Source of the DNA: an archaeon
GTDB lineage: Archaea > Nanobdellota > Nanobdellia > Woesearchaeales > SM23-78
DNA: 64,000 nucleotides
Direction of reading: 5' to 3'
Assembly (NCBI GenBank): GCA_043801165.1
Contig: JAZDMG010000007.1
Span: 6,155-70,154, forward strand
A program made the translations under genes and the position numbers. A model generated the notes under the pieces. That model was not told where the DNA came from. It was given only the letters and a program-made list of their open reading frames with translations, and made no database searches. This document shows, piece by piece, positions 27,701-36,700 of the stretch (its first letter is position 1; every line of letters starts with the position of its first letter).

Positions 27701-30700
27701 TGAGAGTCAACTGCACCACAAGCTACATGCCCATATGGAACGTCACAATCAACTTCACCAACACGCCAGATTCGACGCTCTTCTTCACCAACACCACCAA
27801 CATCAGCTCTGGCGGGTGGTGGACGGTATACAGGAATGTCACCATCAATGACTCAGGCGAGTTCGTCGTCGGAGTGACTTGCACCAACAATGAATCTGCG
27901 AAGGACACAGAGGCTGTGAACTGGACTGTGCCCTGGGGAAAGATAACCCTAACATTGATTAATCCTAATAGCGACGGCTATGTGGAATATGAGCGGTTCT
28001 TCAACTTCACAGCCCAGGTGAACTGCATCCTGGGCGAGTGCGGAGACATCAATGCCATGCTTGACCCTGAGACTGAAGAGACCAAGCAGCACATAGCATC
28101 TTTCCTGCCGACCAAGTACGAGATTAGAAAATCGGTCGCTGCTTTCCCAGAGCAATCGCCAGGCACAGAAACACCAAGCATGGAAACGAAAACAATGGCT
28201 TCTGCTGCCTATGCGGCCTATGCTACCTATGATGCTTCTGCTGGTGCAAAGACCGGCAATGGAGGGAACAGGGCGTATCCTGACGGTATGGTTACCATCA
28301 ACTCCATGAGGCCGAGCTATGACATCGGAGAGGCTGCTGAGCTGGTCGGGACAGTGCTTGACAGCAGGGGCAATTTTGTGCCGAGCGCTGACCTCCGCAT
28401 GATAATAACAAGCCCGAGCTCCCAGAGAAGCATCTTCACCTCATCTGACCTGAAGGAGCTGGCGCCGGGCCTCTACGAATTAACATATGACCTGTCCCGC
28501 GAATCAGGCATCGAGCCAGGCATCTATTCTGTCGAGTTCATCTCTGCAGGAGAGATTAAGGACAGCATGGGCACTGCCTTTGAGGTGAAGAACATCAAGG
28601 ATTGTTCAGGATTCGAGATAACTAGGGATGCTCCTTTCGCAGTCAATCCCTGGGCTGGAGCCGATGGTCCTTTCGACATCTCAATCACAGCGGCAAGGCG
28701 CGACAGTGCATTGCCTGAGAGGTTCACATTAACAGAGACAGTGCCGCTCGCGCTTGATATCATCGATTCAGGAGGAGCAGACCATTGGATCTCGGAGCAG
28801 GAGCAAAAGCAGTATCTGATATGGTCAGGCCTGGGCGACAACTCAAGGGTGAGCTATCGCGTGTCTGCTCCAAAGATATCCCCTGAACGTTATGGACTCA
28901 GGGCAGCCATCTCTGCAGGAGGAAAAACATTCAAGGAGCCAAGGAGCTGGTTCATCGCAGTTGATCCTGCCAGCTATTATTCTGCAAGCAATGACACTGT
29001 AGAATATTATATCTCAGCAGGGACCTATACCGGAGCTGATGGGGGAAGCTATGCGAACACCGCGGCAAAGGATTGTTCTGGCGGAACCTGCACACAATCA
29101 AACGCATGGGTGACTGGCTTCATCAACATGAACACGATAGATGTGACCTGCCGCCTTAATACATCTCTCATGTTCAACATCAGCAACATAAAATCTGAAT
29201 ACATAAATAACATCACCGTCAGCTGGGGCGGATGCTGGCACGGCGACCAGGTGCTGACCAACGACAGGTGTGACAACCTGACAAGGCCTGAGTTCAGCTC
29301 AGGGACAGGAGGCGGGACATTCGACATGTGGATGCAGCATAACACAACATTCGAGAGCATGAGCTGCATCGACACCGCAGGAGGTGAGTGCGGATCAGCT
29401 GATGAGATAAGCCTGGGGACAGCCACCACATCGCCTGCATGGGGGAACGCCCATGGATACAACACATTCACCTTCAGGAAGGCAGACCTTGACAGCAGCT
29501 ATGTGAACAATAGCATCATCACATTGCTCTGGAGGACCTGGGGAGCAGGAGTATGCGCCAATGCAGCCAATGATGAGGTGCTCTTCGCGCTTGATTACGC
29601 AAACCTGACGGTCAACTGGAACTACCTGATAAAGAACGGGTCGATGGTCTCCATAGTGGAAGGGTCTGATCCATTCTACACGGTCGATGCCAACCCGATG
29701 AACAAGACCAACAACAGCTGCCTCTCGGCGATGAGAGTAGGCGGTGGCGGCTGCAATGTCACATGGCGTGTGAACGCTACCGGAGGAATAAACACCACCC
29801 ACATATTCTATGTCATAGCGAACACCTCGGTGTATCCGACAACTGTGATGCCGAATGAGAGCATCCATATAATGCTTACCATAAGGGACACCTCAAAGCT
29901 TCCACCGACAGTCACCCTCAATTCGCCTGAGAATAATTTCGCCACCACCAACACGACAGTCATCTTCAACTGCTCGGCCACGGATAACAGCGGCCTGACC
30001 AACATGACCCTCTACATAAACGTAAGCGGAAGCTTTGAAGAGAACGGGACCAACGACATCGGAGGGGTGAGCAACAGCACGCTCTTCAACAGGACCTATT
30101 TCGAAGGAAGGTTCCTGTGGAACTGCAAGGCCATGGACATCGACAGCAATGAGCGGTTCGCCACCACCAACAGGACTCTCATAATAGACCATACCAGCCC
30201 CTACATAGTGCTGTCTTCTCCCCAGGATTCGGATAATTTCAGCAGCTCGAACGTAACATTCAGGTTCACTGTCTTCGACAATGTGGCCATGACCCTCAAC
30301 TGCAACATAACGATAGATGACTCTGTGCGCGACCTGAACTTCACAGTATATGCCGAAAGCCCGAACGCTCGGAACATATTCAACATATCGCAGGGAGATC
30401 ACTTCTGGAACGTCTCGTGCGCTGACAATGCCGGCAACTGGAACATCAGCGAGACAAGGAACTTCACCTTGCTCAACACCCCCCCGACAGTCGTCCTCCA
30501 GACAATGGATGGCTACACCACAAACTCAGGAGATGTGGAGCTGTTCTATCTTCCAAGCGACAACTCAAATATTGTGCTGGCAGACCTCTACATCAACGGG
30601 AGCTGGTACAGGAATGAGACCGTAGTGGATAATGGGATCACCAACTCATTCAGCCTATTCGGATTCAGCGAAGGAAGATACAATTGGACTGTGAATGTGA

Positions 30701-33700
30701 CCGATGACGGAGGATTCACCGCCCAGGCTCCTGCGAAATGGTTCATCATCGACAAGACTGGGCCTTCCATCAACCTGGCCTATCCTGATGACAATTACTC
30801 GACAAATTCAAGTTCGGCAGTGATAAACTTCACGGTCATCGATAACTATGACCAGACGCTCATCTGCATTATAATCGTGAACGGGACCAATGCCACCTCC
30901 TATTTCAGCGCCGGCAATAACACTCCCATATCAAAGACTGTCTACGGCCTGAAGGACGGGCTGAATTACTGGAATGTCAGCTGCACAGATGATGCTACCA
31001 ACACCAATGTAAGCGAGACCAGGCGCATCAATGTCAGCGCTCCCCCGACGGTGGTGCTTAACACTCCGGCAGACAACTACTCACAGGCCAGCGGCAACAT
31101 AAGCCTGAACTACACCCCGGCAGACAACGTGGGCCTGCTCAACTGCACCCTCATCCTGAACGGGCAGAGGAATCAGACCAACAGCACCATCAACAACACC
31201 GTGCAGAACCGCTTCTTCCTGACAAGCTTGCCATCAAGCGACTACAACTGGAGCATAAATTGCACTGACACTGCAGGGCTGGTTGGATACTCGACAACCA
31301 GGATATTCAGGATAGACTCAACAGCGCCCACCATCACCCTCAACCGGCCACAGAACAACGATACCGTATACGGAGGGTTCGCAATATTCAACTGGACAGC
31401 CTATGACAACCTAGACCCGGTGCTCATGTGTAATCTCACTCTCGACGGCGCATTGAATAAGACCAACATCCCGTCACCAAACGGGCAGTCGGTGAATGTC
31501 ACTGTCCTGATACCGAATGAGACCTCGCACCTATGGAACGTCACATGTGCAGATGACTCTGGCAACAGGAACACCAGCGAGATGTGGAACTTCAGCAGCG
31601 TAAATGCTCCTACGGTCACGCTCATATTCCCGAAAGCCAACGAGATACTCAACTTCTCACAGAACATAAATTTCACATACATACCTGGAAGCAGCAACTC
31701 GCTCTCGATAGCAAGACTTTTCCTGAACGGTAATCTAAACCAAACAACACCCAACCCAAACAGAAGCGTTGAGAACTATTTCTTCCTAAATCTCTCTGAC
31801 GGAATATACAATTGGAGCGTCAGCATAACAGACAACATGAGCCTCAACGGCTCAAGCGAGACAAGGTTCTTCAGGGTGGACTCTACTCCTCCGATCGTCA
31901 CCGTGATAACCCCATACCAAGGGCAGACCGTGAATGACAACGATGTCACATTCTCATTCAACGTGACAGACAACCTGGGAGGCTATGTCAACTGCACCAT
32001 ATATTTCGGAGGGGAGCCTGAGTGGAGCAACATCAGCACCTCGAGTGGCAGCACAATCACAAGGTACAAGACATTATTCGACGGAAGCTACAATTGGAGT
32101 GTCAACTGCACAGACGTGGCGAACAACACAAACGCATACCAGCTGATAAATTTCACCGTCGATGCGCCGCCCAACGTCACCATCAACTTCCCGCCGCCCA
32201 ACTACAGGACCAGGGACACCAACATATCATTCAACTACACCCCGCTGGACCCCATAGGATTCAACAACTGCTCGCTCTACATAAACGGCTCATGGATCCA
32301 GAACTCCAGCAACGTGGCAAGAAACGTCCCCAACTTCCTGAACACCACAGGACTGAACGAAGGAGCCTATATCTGGAACATAGAATGCTTTGACCAAGAG
32401 CCAGACTTTAACAACTACACGACCCCTCCACGCAACTTCACCATTGACCTGACAGGACCTAACATGTCGTTGCTGTATCCTGGGGCAGGAGACTACCTCA
32501 ACAGCAACACAGTGCAGTTCAACTGGACAGCGACTGATTATGCAGGAGTCAGCCTGAACTGCTCGCTGTTCATAAATGAAACATTCAACAGGTCATTGGC
32601 GCAGCAGTCAGGCAGCTATTTCACACCGACGGTCAACAACATGTCTGACGGGTCATATGATTGGTATGTGAACTGCAGCGATGACCTAAACAACTCAGCA
32701 TTGAGCGAGACAAGGGTTTTCACCATCAACAAAGCAGACCTTTACATAAATGACAGCAGGATAACATTCAACAACACCAACCCAGATGTCAACCAGACAA
32801 TAAACATAACCGCCAACGTGAGCAACATAGGAGGAATGCCAGCCTATAACGTCGTAGTCAGCTTCTGGGATGGCGATCCTGGCAGCGGAGGGACATGGAT
32901 AGGGAACAGCACTGCCACTGTCAACTACGCCAGCTCAGCAAGGTTCTCTGTGCTGTGGAACATCAGCGGAGCCATGCATACCATCTATGCCATAGCAGAT
33001 CCGGGAAGCCTCATTGCAGAGCTTGATGAGAGCAACAACAACGCAACAACAACGATATCTCCTCTGTACTCAACAATAACATATCCTGCTCAGAACATGA
33101 CATTCAATAGCAACAACGTGACTGTGAATTTCACGGTCTATGACTACAACGGCAGCACCCTCAGCTACACCCTATTCGCCAACGGGACAACCGTCGGGAG
33201 CGGATCAACGACAGATGGAGAACCACAATCTGTGCCTGTGACCATCAACGACGGGACCTGGATAATAAAAGTCGGAGTGACTGATGCGCTCGGAAGGAAG
33301 AAGAACAGCACAGGAGTCACGATATATGTAGACGGCACACCCCCATCCATAAGCTATTTCACGCCACCGACACCAATCAATAACTGGGTGCAGAGCAACA
33401 CAACGGTCACAATCAATGTCTCACACTATGATGTGCATCCTAATCAGATAATATTATACTGGCAGGGAGCAGCCAATGAAACCAGGACATATACAGGCAG
33501 CTTCTCAAACTTCACATTGTCAGGACTGACTGACGGGATATACAACTACTATGTCTGGCTCAACGATACCTACGGGCTATCAAACCAGACAGCAACACAG
33601 ATCGTCAGGATAGACCTATCAAATCCGGTGATAAATCTTGAGGCCCCAGCACCAGGAGCCACTGTCAACTCATCAGTGGTTGAGTTCGACTTCAATGTGA

Positions 33701-36700
33701 CCGACTCAAGCCAGTACGTCAACTGCTCGCTTTACATAAACGGAACTTTGAACAAGAGCAGGAGCAACCTCCTCACCAACACCCAGCAGTTCATAGTGCA
33801 GCAATTCAATGAGGGCACATATACATGGTCCATCAACTGCACAGACCAGCTTGGCAGGAGCAACATCTCTGACACCATATCTTTCACAGTGCCGACATTC
33901 AACCCTAACTGGACCAATAGGTGGTATGAGCAGTACAACACCAATGTCCTTAACACCACTGCGATGATCAACCTCATGCCTAGCAGGGACGGCGGAGAGA
34001 ACAGGGTCAACATATCTATACCAGCAGACTCATTGTACACCATGGCCATCGCATACTCTCCATACATCGCAGGCTATGGAGCGACTGTCCCTAACGGGAC
34101 CAATGTCAGCTTCAGCGGCCTCTTCAGCGTAGTGGATGTGAACGATATCATCGCAGGCTATGTTACCTGGAAGGTCTATCTCAGCAATGAATCAGGAGAT
34201 TTCCTGATAGCGCAGGTGGGAAATGATGACAACACAAACACAGGAGGGAACAAGCTTGATGCCAAGGACACAAGGATACTCCTCGGGGTAAGCATGATAA
34301 CCAACAGGAGCTGGTTATTCACTCCGACTGACCGTGTGAAGCTGGTGGTGAACATGTACAGCGACGACCGTGTAGTTGAGAGATATATCCACTACTGGGA
34401 TAATAGGGTAGAATCATGGGTCGACTTCAGCAATTTCTCAGTGATCGGAGCCATGAGCCTCAACATGACTGAACCGTCAACAGACATCACAGTGGCTCCT
34501 GACGAGACATTCAACCAGACATGCCTGGTCAACTGCACCTACGGGACATGCATCAACGTCTATGTATACGCGCAGAACAATGCGACCCTGCCGAATGAGA
34601 CTGGATGGAGCAACATGACCAACTCATCAGGGAACATCAGGCTGGCCGCAGGGCAGAGCAATGGCGTGTTCCTGAGCAATATCACAGGGCTCTCATACGT
34701 CAATTTCACCCTTAACGGCAGCGTAGCCTCGATAGATAATGTGAGGTGTTATGCAAAGAGCGACTACAACGATGCATATAGCATGTCCAGGCAGGTGAGC
34801 GTGGCAGACCTGATCCCTCCGAACGTGACTCTCACCAGCCCAAGGAACAGCACCTACTGGAACGCGGTCAACATGACATTCTATTTCAACACCACTGAGA
34901 ATGTTCAGCTCAGGAACTGCACCCTGCTGATAGATGGGAACGAGGTGACTACCAAGAACACCAGCGGCCTGGTGAGGATTGGAAGCAACAATCTCACAGC
35001 GATCGGCCTGGCTGAAGGATTATATAACTGGAGCGTCATATGCTCCGACATCAGCGGCAGCCAGGGCAACTCATCTGTGTGGTGGATAGGGATCGATAGG
35101 ACTGCGCCAGAGATAACGCTCAACTATCCTGCACCAGGGGACAACTTCCCAAACACGACAGTGATACTCAACTTCACGGCGACAGACAGCCTTGACCAAT
35201 CGCTGACCTGCAACCTGACATTGGATGGGAGCATCAACAGGAGCAACTTCGAAGCGCAGAACGGCACATGGACCAATGTGACAGTCTCTGGCTTGACTGA
35301 AGGGGCACACAGCTGGAATGTGACCTGCTGGGACAACGCAAGCAACACCAACACCAGCGAGACAAGGAGCTTCAGCACATTCATCTCTCCGAGATTGACC
35401 CTTGTCAGCCCATTGAACAACAGCATCAGCAACAACGCGACGCAGATGTTCCTCTTCAACGTCAGCGATGACACAGGGCTCACCAACTGCTCATTGCTGC
35501 TCAATGGCGTGGCCAACACAACCAAGACGACAGCTGATCTCACCAACAACGCCACCAACAACTTCACAGCGACAGGCATGAACGGGACCTATCTCTGGGC
35601 AGTCACATGCTTCGACAATACAACCCTGACGATGTCAAACACGACAGCACCATGGAACCTGACCATAGACCTTGAGCCGCCGATGCCAATAATAACAACA
35701 CCAAGCCTGAGCTGGTTCAACACAAGCTCTCCGACGATACAGTTCAACATAACAGACAATGTCGCCTACTCGATAAACTACACATTCTTTGTCAACGGTA
35801 CAGTGAACACCAATGGCTCGATGAACAACAACACCCCATCATCGGCGATATTGACAGGGCTGGTCCCTGATGGAGAATATGCCATCATGCTCCAGGCAGT
35901 TGACAGGGCCGGCAACATAGCCAACAGCACGACGATAACCATATACGTGGACACGGCCAAGCCAGGCATCAACCTGTCCTCTCCTGAAAACGGGCTGGAG
36001 ATCGACAGCACCAGCGTGAGATTCAATTTCACAGCCACAGACAACATGGCGAGCTACATGATGTGCAACCTGACTGTCAGTAACGGCATCAGGGAGGATA
36101 ACATCAATGCCAGCAGCGGAGCCCTGCAGAGCATATTCAAGAGCGGGTTCCTCTCAGGGACATACTTCTGGAATGTCAGCTGCATAGACCTAGCCAGGAA
36201 CAGGAACACAAGCGTGACCTGGAACTTCACCATCAACTCGCCAGACCTTATCATAAATTCAGGGAATATCTCGTTCAATGAGAGCACGACCGAGGAAGGA
36301 AAGAACATAACCATCTTCGCCAACGTGTATAACCAGGGAGGAACGCCTGCCTATAACGTGACTGTGCAGTTCTGGAGAGGGGATCCTGACGCGGGAGGGA
36401 CGCAGATCAACGGCAACAGGAGCGTCTCAATAATAAACGCGAATGATAATATCACCTTGAACATCACCTACCTGACGATCATAGGCAACAACAACATCTT
36501 TGTCGTGGTGGACCCGCCGACAGCCACCAACGGGTCGATTGTCGAGGAGGATGAGAGCAACAACAAGGCGAACAACTCATTGAGGGTTTCACTTTACCAT
36601 GTGTTCGCTGGCAACACGACAGGGATGATAAGGATCGAGAAGCAGAGCATAAACAACAGCCTGTACATCTGGAATGTCAGCAATTATACCGGGAGCAACA

